DNA of 62,388 nt, counting the filler, from Bonamia ostreae (Eukaryota): assembly GCA_040357525.1 (NCBI GenBank). It is 31 parts of 31 records of this genome, joined end to end, with 100 filler letters (N's around TTAATTAATTAA, not from the genome) between each part and the next. Parts side by side here need not be neighbours in the genome. Positions count along the whole stretch, not along the records: positions 10,175 to 12,105 come from JBDODL010001200.1; positions 12,206 to 14,132 come from JBDODL010001201.1; positions 14,233 to 16,158 come from JBDODL010001202.1; positions 16,259 to 18,181 come from JBDODL010001203.1; positions 18,282 to 20,203 come from JBDODL010001204.1; positions 20,304 to 22,225 come from JBDODL010001205.1; 25 more parts are not named here. One strand, 5' to 3'. The notes beneath the pieces are model-generated. The model was not told the DNA's origin and did no database searches. It saw only the letters and a program-made list of their open reading frames with translations. Positions 10,456-22,325 of the stretch are shown here, in pieces. Position 1 is the first letter of the stretch. Every line of letters begins with the position of its first letter. The translations under genes were made by a program, and so were the position numbers.

Positions 10456-12105
10456 ATGGCGAAATATATTAACAATTCGAAATTCGCAAATTGGTCGAAA
10501 ACGAATTCGTGCACTCCTCGTTATTACGATAAACCAAAAACACTTTTCGAAATTCGAAAAGCGATCGAATTTTGTAAACTAAATAACGTAAAAATGCGCA
10601 TTTGCGGATCTGTTACCTCCCCTTCCGACATTACAATGACGGACGAGTTTCTTTTGGATACTCGTGGTTTGGATAAAATCGTTAGTGTCGACACAACAAC
10701 TTCTAAATCTGTTTTGCAAGTTTTTTTTTTCTGAAAACATTAATTTTTGGCAATTTTTATAAAATTTGTTCAAAAAGAACAATTTTAACCAAAAATAGAA
10801 AACTTTTGTTCAAAAAAAACAATTTTAACCAAAAATAGAAAACTTTTGTTCAAAAAATCAATTTAACTTTTGTTCAAAAGAACAATTTAAACCAAAAATA
10901 GAAAACTTTTGTTCAAAAAAAACAATTTTAACCAAAAATAGAAAACTTTTGTTCAAAAAATCAATTTAACTTTTGTTCAAAAGAACAATTTAAACCAAAA
11001 ATAGAAAACTTTTGTTCAAAAAAGAACAATTTAAACCAACAAAAAGAACAATTTTTTTAAAAAATAGAGCGGCGTTCTACTAAAAGATTTCGTTAAAACG
11101 CTTTCAGAAAAATATTTCGCTGCATTCCCGACATTGCCCTCAATTATGGAACAGACAATCGGGGGACTTTTAAGCACTTCTTCACATGGAACAGGATATG
11201 CCATCAGTTCCTTTTCTCGCTACGTCTCAAAAATGAGGATTGTGGACTCGAACGGCGAATTGAAAGTGCTTCGCAAAGATACCGATCTCTTCTACGCTGC
11301 TTCGACCGGGCTCGGTTTATTTGGCGTCATTTTCGATATCGAATTGGATGTTTTTTCTATTTCAATTTGGTAAAAATTTTGGTCCAATCTTAAAAAACGA
11401 CTAATTTTAAGATCGAAAAATTGTTTTATTTGAAAAGCAAACAAAAAAGCGTTGAAACGGATTTTTTCTATAAAAATATGATCGAATTGGCAGAAAAAAA
11501 TGAGTACTTTAGAGCTTGGACGATTCCTCATATTAACAAAACTGTTATTTGGGAAGCAGAGAAAATTCAATATCGATCTGATTTGGGCGATATCAGAAAA
11601 TTTGAAAGTTTTTAATTTTTCAAAAATTAAATTTTAAAAATATCAAAATTTCGTTTTAACAACAAGCTCAAAAATGGTGGGAAAAAATATTCAAATTCGA
11701 TAAAATATTCCGAAAATTATTTGAAGCATCTCTTTTTGTCGGAAAGTACTTTCCGTTTTTTGTTCCAATAATAAATAAAATTTGTTTCTACTTTCTCTTT
11801 TACCGCGAACAAACAAAACTTGATTTCTATCAAAACCAATTAACTTTCGACTGTCTTTTTTCACAACACGTTACGGAATGGGCTGTTTCTGTAAATAAAG
11901 CCTCTTTTGTGCTCAAAGAATTGCTTCAGATCGTCGAAAAAAGAAACTGGAAAGTGCATTTTCCCATTGAAGTTCGATTCTGCGCAAAAGAGCCTTCTTT
12001 TTTGTCTCCTGCACACGAAGAAGATGTTTGTTACATTGGAATAATAATGTACCGTCCTTTTGGTGCCAATATAGATCATGAAGAGTATTTTGATTGTTTT
12101 CAGAG
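10456..12105 (+). CDS. GULO: L-gulonolactone / D-arabinono-1,4-lactone oxidase family flavoprotein, 3' truncated
   Basis: FANWSKTNSCTP, SPSDI, EQTIGGLLSTSSHGTG, GLGLFGVI, QHVTEWAV, VHFPIEVRF, CYIGIIMYRPFG; introns 10720-11067, 11350-11411 and 11608-11666. Confidence 0.88.
10765..11055. repeat. Intronic compound tandem repeat, units of about 40 nt
   Basis: AACAATTT(T/A)AACCAAAAATAGAAAACTTTTGTTCAAAAAA recurs about 5 times with shorter variants. Confidence 0.95.
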
Positions 12106-12205
12106 NNNNNNNNNNNNNNNNNNNNNNNNNNNNNNNNNNNNNNNNNNNNTTAATTAATTAANNNNNNNNNNNNNNNNNNNNNNNNNNNNNNNNNNNNNNN
12201 NNNNN

Positions 12206-12661
12206 TGACAAAATATTTTAAAAGACAACATATTTTAACGGACAAAATTAAAGATTTTTTTTATCTTTGAAAGACGAAGTGTAAAATTTTTTTAAATATA
12301 AAAATCGATTTGAAAAAACGGTTAAAAAATCATTGTCGGTCAAATAATTGCAGTATGAGAAATTTAAAATTTGGACGGATTCAAATTTCTCACAGAACGG
12401 AACGAAAAGCGAAATGTCGATGTTCCCCAACAAAACCCAAAACTCACTCAAATCGAGATATCTAACTTTGTTAAAATGGGTTGAAGCTTGTTTCTTCCAT
12501 TTTTTAGAAAGCTTCAAATCAGAAAATTGAACTTGAGAGAGATTGAGGATTTCGGTGGTGCTGAAATAGGGGAGAAGTCTGGTGACCGGGATCATCTTGA
12601 AAAGACGTTTGGCTTCTATTTCTTTGAGGTTTTCTTCTTCTGTTTTATCCTTTCCCGACAT
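12206..12661 (-). CDS. F-box/LRR-like protein, N-terminal part
   Basis: IP...LLPYFSTTEILNLSQV...SKKWK is F-box-like; VQILNFSYCNYLTDNDF is a cysteine-containing LRR. Confidence 0.6.
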
Positions 12662-12854
12662 TTAAAATTTAGTAGACTTTTATAAGCCTTAGTTAGCTTT
12701 ATATTGTGTTTTAAAAGAAATGGATATAATTCCGTTTTTGGTGAATTGGTGAACTTTAGACTTTTTGATTCCCGTTTAAAATAATGTCGTCCATAAATTT
12801 TCCGAATATCCGAATATTTAATGTATACACAATTTTATTTATTGAACAAAAAAT

Positions 12855-14060
12855 TTAATCTGTCTTGGCAAACTCGACGCAATTTTTGTCGATCGATTCA
12901 TTTAACCGCCAAATTGCGTAAGAGGAGTCAATTCCAAATTGGCCAATTCCAACGACCAAAGAACCACAACCGGCGATGACATTTTTAAATTGCTCATATT
13001 GGTCTCCAATAAAGAGAATTTGTTTATTTTCCTCAATTTGCATCAATTCCCAATTGTTCAAAGACAGCCTTTGCACGGAATGGCTAAACGGGGCACAAAA
13101 TCTTTGCGAAAACAACAATTCACTGTAAGTTTGGGAAACGGATTTTTTTTCAAATGGGCCATTTGGTGGTAGACAGCAATTTCGGCTAATCTTTTTTTGT
13201 GACGTGTTGACATACGATTTTTTAGCAAAAATTTTAAATTGTCAAAAACTTTGGAAAAAATATTTTCCCTCAAAAAAATGACTTGTTTTTGATCAATTGA
13301 TAATTTACATGGACTTGATTTATTAGCAAATTTGATGATTTTTGACAATGGCTGTGTGCTAAATTTTCCTAGAGGCGGTCTTGGCAAAATATTCTTTGAA
13401 AAAATGTCAGTCGGTCCTGGTAAAAATACAAAATCGGAATGCTATTTATGTGCAAAAATTAAAGAAAAAAAACTGCTGAAATATTGTCAAACTTTTCTAA
13501 AATTTTCCCAAGTTTTTCAAAATTTTCTTATTATCAAAATTTTGTAATTCAAAAAATGTAAAAATATTGACAAAAAATTGCATCAAAACTTTTAAGAGAG
13601 TTTTTCTGGGGACGATAAAGAAAGTTTCCCATTAAAACAAAAATTTTTGGAGCGCTTTGTTCAAAGCGCTGGAAAAGTCTTTTTAAACGATTTTCCGTTT
13701 CTGGACAGTCCAAATAAATTTCGGAAAGAATGACTGCCGAATTTTCGTATTTTTTAGTATTTCGGTTTTCGTCTGAAATGACTGAAGTTAAATTAGAGTT
13801 AGTGCCTATTTTATCTTCAAATCGGTTTAAAGCCAATATTGTTTGAACAGAAAATATTTCGTTTTCGGTATCATAAAAGCCTTTTAAAGCCACAAAGCTG
13901 CCCCACGTCAAAATGTTGCAAACGACATTTTCTTCAAAATCGATTTCGACGAATCCAGAATCGTCTTCGAGATGGCAATGGTTGTGTTCCAATTCGTTCA
14001 AAATTCCAAAAATGACCGTTTCTTTTAAATTTTTGTCCGACAAATTTTCGATTAATGTTA
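12855..14060 (-). CDS. POLE2: DNA polymerase epsilon subunit B (Dpb2), 5' truncated
   Basis: HLEDDSGFVEID, ILSEIYLD, PKIFVLMGNF, FVFLPGPTD, ILPRPPL, SSPCKL, IFLRENI; three short introns. Confidence 0.85.
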
Positions 14061-14259
14061 TTTGGTGCTATTTTTTGTTGTTTTTGATATTCGATATTTA
14101 AAACAATTGTTTGAGATAAAATTGCAAAAAACNNNNNNNNNNNNNNNNNNNNNNNNNNNNNNNNNNNNNNNNNNNNTTAATTAATTAANNNNNNNNNNNN
14201 NNNNNNNNNNNNNNNNNNNNNNNNNNNNNNNNAACTATTTTAAAAACGTTATTGAAAAG

Positions 14260-15182
14260 CGACGAACAGTCCCTTCAAAGCCGGCTACAAACCGCAAACG
14301 CAAAGCTCTTTCGATTCAAACAAATTCAACATTTTCAGCAATAACAAATCCACAAACGACAAAAACAATTCAAACCAATTCCAATCGTTCACTCAAAATA
14401 TCCCGTCGACAAACCAAAATCTGTTCGGAATCGACCATTCTTCGAACAGCTTCCAATCCAACGAGATCTCTTCGATAATGCCGTCCTCCGGAAATTTTGG
14501 GTCGACGCTCCAAAATTCAGAAAATATCGCAAAAAACGATAACACGAAAAATTACATTTCGGCTCCGACAGATTTTCCGTCGTTGTCGCAAACACAAACT
14601 TTTCCATTCAACATAAACGCGAAAAGTTTTGACTCCGGGAATGACAAAACCAAATCGCTGAACGCGAAAAGTGCTTTTGAGCAAAATGATTTTGGTACCA
14701 TTCCGTCGAACTCTCCTTGGAGCCAGAACGTCGGTAACAGTGCTTTTGGCAATGAAGGTGACAATAAAAGCGTTTTGAGTGCTTTCAGTTTTGGGAACTT
14801 TCGAAACGGTGACAATATTTTCGGAAATTTCGATGGTAACAATGACAAGAAAAACGAAGATAACAACGCTGACATTTTCAAAAATTTTATTGGAAGCAAT
14901 GTTAACACTGGTGAGGACAACAGCGGTGACAAAAATGATGACAGAGAGGAAGGACAATTGATCGAAGACAAAGTAAAGGATTTCTTGATTGGTGAAATCA
15001 AAGATGATGTGATCGGTGGTAACAACAGTTCTTCGTCGGAAGAAAAAATTGAAGATTTTGAGGAAATCGACGGCGTAAAATATAAAAAATGGGAAATCGA
15101 ACAATTTGCGGCGGAAAATGATTTTGATTGCGTTCCGATAACTTTTCCAGTTGAAAATGTCGTTTGGAAAAATTTTGTGTAA
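14260..15182 (+). CDS. FG-containing low-complexity protein, possibly nucleoporin Nup42/CG1-like
   Basis: Scattered NFG/DFG/AFG/SFG/IFG motifs; C-terminal EIEQF...VPITFP resembles the Nup42 Gle1-binding terminus. Confidence 0.45.
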
Positions 15183-15226
15183 AAATTTTTTTTTGATTTA
15201 AAAAGCGTTTTTTTGGTTATCGCTTT

Positions 15227-15975
15227 TCAATCGGAAAGAAAATTTTTCTTTTGAAAAATCTTTTTTTTCATTGTTGAATTCCTTTTTCGCGAATCTGCAC
15301 AAATCGATTTCCTTTTTTTCCATTTTTTCGATTTTTGGTCTTTCGACAAATTTTTCTGTTTTTGAAAAAATTTTGAACCATTTTTCTCGTTTTCGCTTTC
15401 GTTGGCAGTTCCGCTATCCGATTCTTCTGAGTCGCTTTCATCAAAATATTTTTCTTCTTCTGTTTTCCTCATTTTTTTGTTCTAACAATTGATTTAACAA
15501 AAATTGATTTAACAAAAATTTATTTGAAAAAATTGATTTTAAGCTCAAATAAGAAAATGACAAAACTTGAAACGAAAAATCGTCTTCAAAAAATCTCTTG
15601 AAAACGACATTGTTAATTCCTCCCAAAACCATTTTAAAATTAGCTTTAATATGTTCGAAAAGCGGATCGATTTTGTCTCTTCCGACGAAGTCGAAAAAAT
15701 GCAATAAAGCTGCGCCAAGAACATTTTCTCGATGTTCGCCGTTCGCGAAGAACAGTTTTGTCAAAAAAGTTATCGCGTTGTTCAAAATGACGCTTTTCAA
15801 AACTTCTTCGTTTCTAATCGCAAAATTTACAAATTCGGTTTACGAAAATATTATAAAACTTTGTCTCGACGGCGGATTGCAGAAAGCGCAACGCGGACAA
15901 ACATATTTGAGGCTTAGCTTCTGGGGAAATCAAAGGAACGATTCTGCAAATTACGCGCGGCAGCAACGAAACCGA
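15227..15975 (-). CDS. PPP4R3: PP4 regulatory subunit 3 (SMEK/Psy2), C-terminal part
   Basis: ICLSALRFLQSAV ... NGEHRENVLGAALLHFFDFV matches SMEK LCALRF...NGTRYNLLNSAVIELFEFI. Confidence 0.75.
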
Positions 15976-16012
15976 AACCGTTTTTGATACGTTTTTTGGC
16001 GGTTCTTTAAAT

Positions 16013-16158
16013 AAAAATTGAAAAGGACTTCAACGACATTGAAAAAGTACATCGCAAAAAAATTGAAAAGGACTTCAACGACATTGAAAAAGTACATCGC
16101 AAAAAAATTGAAAAGGACTTCAACGACATTGAAAAAGTACATCGCAAAAAAATTGAAA
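16013..16158. repeat. Perfect 45-nt tandem repeat, 3+ copies, at the contig end (probably intronic)
   Basis: AAAATTGAAAAGGACTTCAACGACATTGAAAAAGTACATCGCAAA repeated head to tail. Confidence 0.95.
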
Positions 16159-16392
16159 NNNNNNNNNNNNNNNNNNNNNNNNNNNNNNNNNNNNNNNNNN
16201 NNTTAATTAATTAANNNNNNNNNNNNNNNNNNNNNNNNNNNNNNNNNNNNNNNNNNNNCTCTTTAATCGGTTTGCACCAAACATCGCAAAAATTGAAAGA
16301 CGGATCCGTGTAAAAAAATTGACAAATATAAAACCCAAAAAATAAATTGTCCAAATAAATTTATTTGAAAAATAAATTTCTGATGACATTTT

Positions 16393-18115
16393 CTAGAATT
16401 GCATAAAAAAAGTATTTCCGTTTGCGTCCCTGAATTGAAACGGAAACCCGCCTCCTCCGAAATTCGGCCCGGGACCCGCTCTGTTACCATCGTCTTTGTA
16501 AACGTCTTCGCCCCTGTCATATCTTCTCCTCAGCTCTTAAAATTTAGCCTAAAAACTATCATCCGACAATACTTTGTTCGCTTCGTTCAAATCCGCAAAT
16601 CTCTTCTCCGCCATTTTTTTATCCGATTTCTTTTTCCATTTGTCCGGATGCCATTTCAGCGCGTTTTTTCTGTAAGCTTTTTTTATTGTGTCCTTGTCCG
16701 CGTTGCGCGGAATCCCCATTATTTTATAGTAATCTTTCATCTCCGCCGCTTTCTGTTTCTGTTGTGCAGCTCTGTATTTCCGGATCACTTCTTGGTCACT
16801 CGGGTCAATGCTGTGCGCTTTTTTGAAGTCCATTGCGGCTCTTTCGAAGTCTTCGGTTTCCATATAAGCGCTTCCACGCAATTTTAGCGCTTCGAAGTTG
16901 TCTGCGTCGAAAGTCAATGCGACCGAACAAGCTTCCACCGCTTTTTCGAAGAGTTTGGAGTCGATCCTCGCGCCGCAGAGCGTCAACTGAGTTTCCGCTT
17001 CGGCGAAGGTTTTCTTCGGGAGAAACTTTAAAAGTTCGTCGCATGTTTTCTGCGTTTCGACGTTGTTGTATTCGGATCGACTTTTCTCTAGTTTTCGCTG
17101 GAGACGATCAATTTTCGCTATTTTCTGTTGAATAAAATTTTAAAGAACTTTGTGCAAAATGGCGACTTTCTTGTTTTCGGGGTCACTTCTTAGACCGACT
17201 TTGGTAACTTTGAGAGCCATTTTGATTTTGCCTTGATTAAAGTAAGCCAGCGCCAGTAGTTCGTACCAAAGGATGTCGTTTTTGTCGATTTTGATCAATT
17301 TGCTAAAAATAAATTTTTCAAACTTTGCGACTTTGGCCAATTCGTTATATCTCTTCGTTTCGTTGAGACAAGTTGCATAAAGAGACAAGAGCTTTTGATC
17401 ATATTCGCAAACTGCGACGAGTTTGCTGAGCGAATAAAAATCTTTGCAGGTCAATTTGCCCATTTTTCTGTGATAATTGCGCACTTTTTTGATGTCGTTT
17501 AATCGTTTTGAAAAATCGTCTTTGTTTTTCGAACTAATTTTCATGGCTTTTTTGAGATGTTTTGTTGCTTCGTCGAGTTGGCATAGATAAGAATGCGATT
17601 TCGATAAGAAGTCAAACCCCTTTTTTGAAATTTCGAAAAAAAAACTGGGGCGAAATTTGGGTCTATTTTAATGACTATTTCAAGATCTTTTATCGCGAGT
17701 CGATATTTTGCTTGTGCGAATTTAGCGGTTGCTCGTTTAAAGAAGTTCTGCGCGTCTTCAGGTTCTTCTTCTTTATTGACATACCGATATTTTAATTTAA
17801 AAACGAAAAAAAATTTAATTTAAAAAGAAAAAAAATTAATTTAAAAAACGAAAAAAAATTAATTTTAAAAAGAAAAAAAATTAATTTAAAAAACGAAAAA
17901 AAATTAATTTAAAAAACGAAAAAATATATTTGAATTAAATGTTCAAAACTTATTATTTTATTGACGCATTCGACCGCTTTTCTATATTTGCTTTGACTGA
18001 GTAAAAGATCGCATTGATCTTTTATCGCTGAAATTTCGCTTTTCAACATTTTTGTGTTTATGTACAGAAAATGACATAAAATGATCACGACTAAACGCTT
18101 TAGCTTCACGGACAT
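16393..18115 (-). CDS. DNAJC3: ER co-chaperone P58IPK (signal peptide, TPRs, J domain)
   Basis: Hydrophobic N-terminus, TPR helices, KDYYKIMGI...[15 protein letters not shown]...[13 protein letters not shown]; four GT-AG introns. Confidence 0.85.
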
Positions 18116-18449
18116 TATAAGCAAAATAATATATTGTAATACTCTATATTTTATTAGAATTTAGACAAATGAGTTGGCATTNNNNNNNNNNNNNNNNNNN
18201 NNNNNNNNNNNNNNNNNNNNNNNNNTTAATTAATTAANNNNNNNNNNNNNNNNNNNNNNNNNNNNNNNNNNNNNNNNNNNNAAAATATCATTTTTTTAAA
18301 TTTGAAAAATAGCGGAAAATTGTCAAAAAATTTATCGCAAAATATAAAAATTTAGCCCGGAAAATCACAAACTTGAAATTTTTAAATCGTTTTTTCCAAT
18401 AAATTTTCATTCTCACGTAAAAAATTAATTGAGCGTTTTGTTAGTAAAA

Positions 18450-19908
18450 CTAAATCGATTTATTATCACCCATTTTTAAGCTTTTCAAGGATTTTTCTAT
18501 TTTAGAGTTCTTATATATAATAAATTAAACTTTGTTATTATCCAAATATAGCTTAAATTCATCCGAATATTTAAAAAGTTTTTTGATGACTTTGTTTTCA
18601 TCTAAAATCAATGTATCTATGTTTTCCAACGACTTTAAAAAATTTCTAAACATCTTTTCCTTCGTAGAAACAGTCAAGTTTTGGATAAAATTATTTAAAG
18701 AATTTTCATTGAGATGTTTTAGGAAAATGACCGGTTTATTGTCATTTGATTTGCAAATGTTTTCACAAAAAGATTTTTTTTTCGTTATTAATATCTTTTA
18801 AATTATCAAAAAATCTGAAATTAAAAATTGCGACAAAAAATTTAAAATTAATTTATTGTTAAAATTGTTAAAAATATTGTGACAAATATCAGTTGAAATT
18901 AAACTGCGGCAAATTAAAAAACTGCAGCGATTTCACCTAAACTCAATTTTTTTCCGCTAAATATTTTTTCAAAATTTTTCATTATTTTTGCTTCAATATC
19001 GTAAAATCGATGTGAAAGCAACGATTCTACGATTAGAATCCCATCTTTGTCAAATAAAATTTTTTCAAAGTTATCTATTATGTTTTTTGCTAAGATATCT
19101 GTAAATTCTTTAAAGTTCATATTCAAAACGTGCTTTTTTTGTTAAATAACAGTTCATAAAAATTTTTGAAAATGGTCAATATAAAAACAGTAATAACATA
19201 TTTTCCATTTTTGGAATTACCAATTTTGACAATGTTTTTGCAAAGAAAATCTACCGCTTTTATTTTTTCCGTATCGGCCATTTTATCAAATGACAATTTG
19301 AAAAAAGAAGAACCGTTGCTCGTACAAATTGCATCGACATTAAAAATTTTTTCGTACTCAAGATATTGTTGGGCTTCGGGTACTTTTCTCAAAAAACTTT
19401 TATAAACATAAATGGCTTTGTTGTCGCCATATCCGTCATTAAAAATTTTAAAAGATTTTGACAACATTTGCCCCCAAAATTCAAATTCATTTTTGTTGTC
19501 GGAAATGGAAATCATTTTCTCGATTAAAAGGGATCCGAAAACAGTCGGAAGATATTGATAAAAGTTTTTTTCTATCAGTTTGTGCAGTCGTTTATTTTCG
19601 TCGATGGTGTGAATGGTCAAATTGCGCGCTAAAGATTCCAAGATAATCGTTTTCCGCCACAAAAGTTCGTTGTTTTGTTCGAAAGCACTCAAAACTTTTT
19701 TTTGGACGGTTTGATTTTTCAGCCAATTAGTCATTTTTTTTCTGTTTTGAAGAGTAAGTTCGATGTTGCTCAATTGGAAACTTAATTGTTTAATCGAAAT
19801 GTCGTTTTTTATAAAAAAGTTTTTTTTCTGATTAAAAAAAATTTGTTTTCTGTGAAAGTTTAATTTATTCAGAAAGTCGTTTCTGTAGTTTTTGATAAAA
19901 ATGGTCAT
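18450..19908 (-). CDS. Divergent helical-repeat protein, Pumilio/PUF-like; possible organellar presequence
   Basis: IGNSKNGKYVI, ICTSNGSSFF and ILFDKDGILIVE resemble the PUF repeat pattern; basic N-terminus. Confidence 0.45.
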
Positions 19909-20411
19909 ATTTGGCTAAATAATGTAGAACTGAAATCTATTTTTCAGACCGGTTTGTTTTTATATTGTTTTTATAGTTATTATATAAATGTTATTAATTT
20001 ATGGGTTGGTTTTTTTTTTTTGTTTTAATTTATTGGTTATTTGTGTGTTTTTTTTATTCTTTTTTTGTGGATTTTGTATTATTTTGATTGTTCTTTGATG
20101 TTGAAGCAGTTTGATTGTAAATTCTAAATTATAATTTTTTTTTTATTTATTATTTTTTATTTTTTTTATTTTTTATTTTTTATTAATTTAATATTTATTT
20201 ATTNNNNNNNNNNNNNNNNNNNNNNNNNNNNNNNNNNNNNNNNNNNNTTAATTAATTAANNNNNNNNNNNNNNNNNNNNNNNNNNNNNNNNNNNNNNNNN
20301 NNNAAAACGAATTTGAAAATTTTTAAAATTTTTAAAATTTATAAAAATTTTGTGCATTGCGACAAAATTGAGATTTGGTAATTACACATGTAACAAAAAT
20401 ACTCAAGTTAT

Positions 20412-20952
20412 TTATTTAACCACCAAGGTGGGAATATTCAAATGATTCAATAAATATCTGCTGACACTTCCCAGCAGCAATCTTTTAACCGCTCCTTTTC
20501 CACGAGAACCAATGATGAACAAATCGGGCGATAATTTGTCTGCCGCTTCAATCAACGTAGTTCTGAAATCAACTCCTTGCACCAAATATCCCACTCGTTC
20601 ATTCTTAAATTTTAAAAACATTTGCAAGTTGACAAAATTATCATTTTTATTAAATTCGCAAAACGTCTTTAAAGTTATCGAGACATTTCGCAGTCATATT
20701 ATCGGCCAATCGGGTCAAAACTTGATTTTTTGCTGATATTTCAACACTCAAATAAGGGTAAGCGAGTTTTTCGATTGCTCTTATAAACATAACGACGTCA
20801 TCTTTTTGACAAATATGTTTTTTAGCGTATTCAATGCATTTTGTTGAATGTTCCGAGCCATCGACGGCGATTAAAATTTTTCTTTTGTCCTTCATCTGTT
20901 TAGGTACCACCAAGTGGTTTATTATAACCCGTTTATTTCCTTTCCCCTCCAT
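20412..20952 (-). CDS. Universal stress protein (UspA family), copy 1, one intron
   Basis: RKILIAVDGSEHS ... IIGSRGKGAVKRLLLGSVSRYLLNHLNIPTLVVK. Confidence 0.92.
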
Positions 20953-21202
20953 TTCAAGTCGAAAATCTTATGCGAAAATTTAATCTTTTCTGTGTTTCAA
21001 ATTGTAATAAAGTTAATCCGTTTGTAAATAATTCTCGGTTTATAATCGGTTTGAATTTTTATGATATTTTATTGGATTATTTATTTTAAAGGTGTTATTG
21101 TAAATTTTTTAAAGTTTGTAAATTTTTTATTGTCAAATTTACTCGATAATTGTAATCAAAAAACAATAATTTTTATTTAGTCATAAAATCCTGATAAATT
21201 TA

Positions 21203-21730
21203 TTATTTAACGATCATAATAGGTATTTTTGCATGATGTAACAAGTACTCGCTAGTGCTTCCAGAAAATAGTCTCTTAAAAACACCTTTTCCGTGAGATC
21301 CAGTTGCAATAATTGTCGGTTTCAATTCTTCGATCGCTTTTACTAATGTGTCTCGAGGATTCTCTCCTTGCACCAAATATCCCATTTTTTCGTACTTATT
21401 TTAAAGAATAATTTAAATTTTGTAAATTTAAAAAACTTGGTCAAAATGATCCAAATAATTGGACATATCGAATGCTTCTCTTTTTAGTTCTTCGTCTTCG
21501 ATCGTTTTTAAAGCATCCACAGTTAGCAAATAAGGAATAATCGTTCTTTTCATTGCCATTAAAAGCATAACAAAATCGTCTTTTTTTAAAATATGTTCTT
21601 TTACGAACGAAAGCGTTTTTATTGAATGGTCCGATTCATGTACGGTTATCAATATTCGACGTCTGTTCTGCAGTTCTTTTGGAATTTCAAAGTCATTTAT
21701 TCTTACATTTTCTATTTTTTTCTTTGACAT
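21203..21730 (-). CDS. Universal stress protein, copy 2, intron at the same position as copy 1
   Basis: RRILITVHESDHS ... GSHGKGVFKRLFSGSTSEYLLHHAKIPIMIVK. Confidence 0.9.
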
Positions 21731-22113
21731 TTCGTGGTTTATTTTTAGTTTTCTGTATTAAATTTATTCTATGTTTTCAGGTTTGAATATTTACATGTTT
21801 TTTGGTAGATTGTTTTTAAATATTCGTAAATTAATTACAATTTTAAAGCATTTATTATTTTTCTAAACCTTGTCAGTTTTTCGATTTTCAGTTATCGTCT
21901 TTCTAAATTTTTACCCAAAATTAAGTTCACATTTTAACGATTTTAATGCCAAAAACAGGGATGGCGTAATTTTTGTCCAGAAATGTACATATTTAGACTG
22001 AAATTTAATAAAGAAAAGTTTTTTAGAAAAGTACAAGTTTTAAGTCAATGCCACATTTCTTGATTTATAAAAAATTTTGCGAAATAAAGCAATAATTTTT
22101 ATGATAGATTTAA

Positions 22114-22225
22114 TTATCTAACGATCGTGATAGGTATCTTACAATTATGTAACAAGTACTCACTGGTGCTTCCCAACAACATTCTCTTAACTGCGCCTTT
22201 TCCATATGATCCGGCTATGATCATA
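22114..22225 (-). CDS. Universal stress protein, copy 3, C-terminus only
   Basis: Reverse strand reads IIAGSYGKGAVKRMLLGSTSEYLLHNCKIPITIVR*. Confidence 0.88.
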
Positions 22226-22325
22226 NNNNNNNNNNNNNNNNNNNNNNNNNNNNNNNNNNNNNNNNNNNNTTAATTAATTAANNNNNNNNNNNNNNNNNNN
22301 NNNNNNNNNNNNNNNNNNNNNNNNN

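Noticed and set aside
16013-16158. CRISPR-like arrays here and at 4885, 8210, 10765 and 25165
   Set aside because: These are head-to-tail repeats without spacers, or eukaryotic introns between exons; no cas genes are present.
19960-20203. T-rich strand-biased tract as a telomere or functional repeat
   Set aside because: No fixed period; low-complexity contig end.
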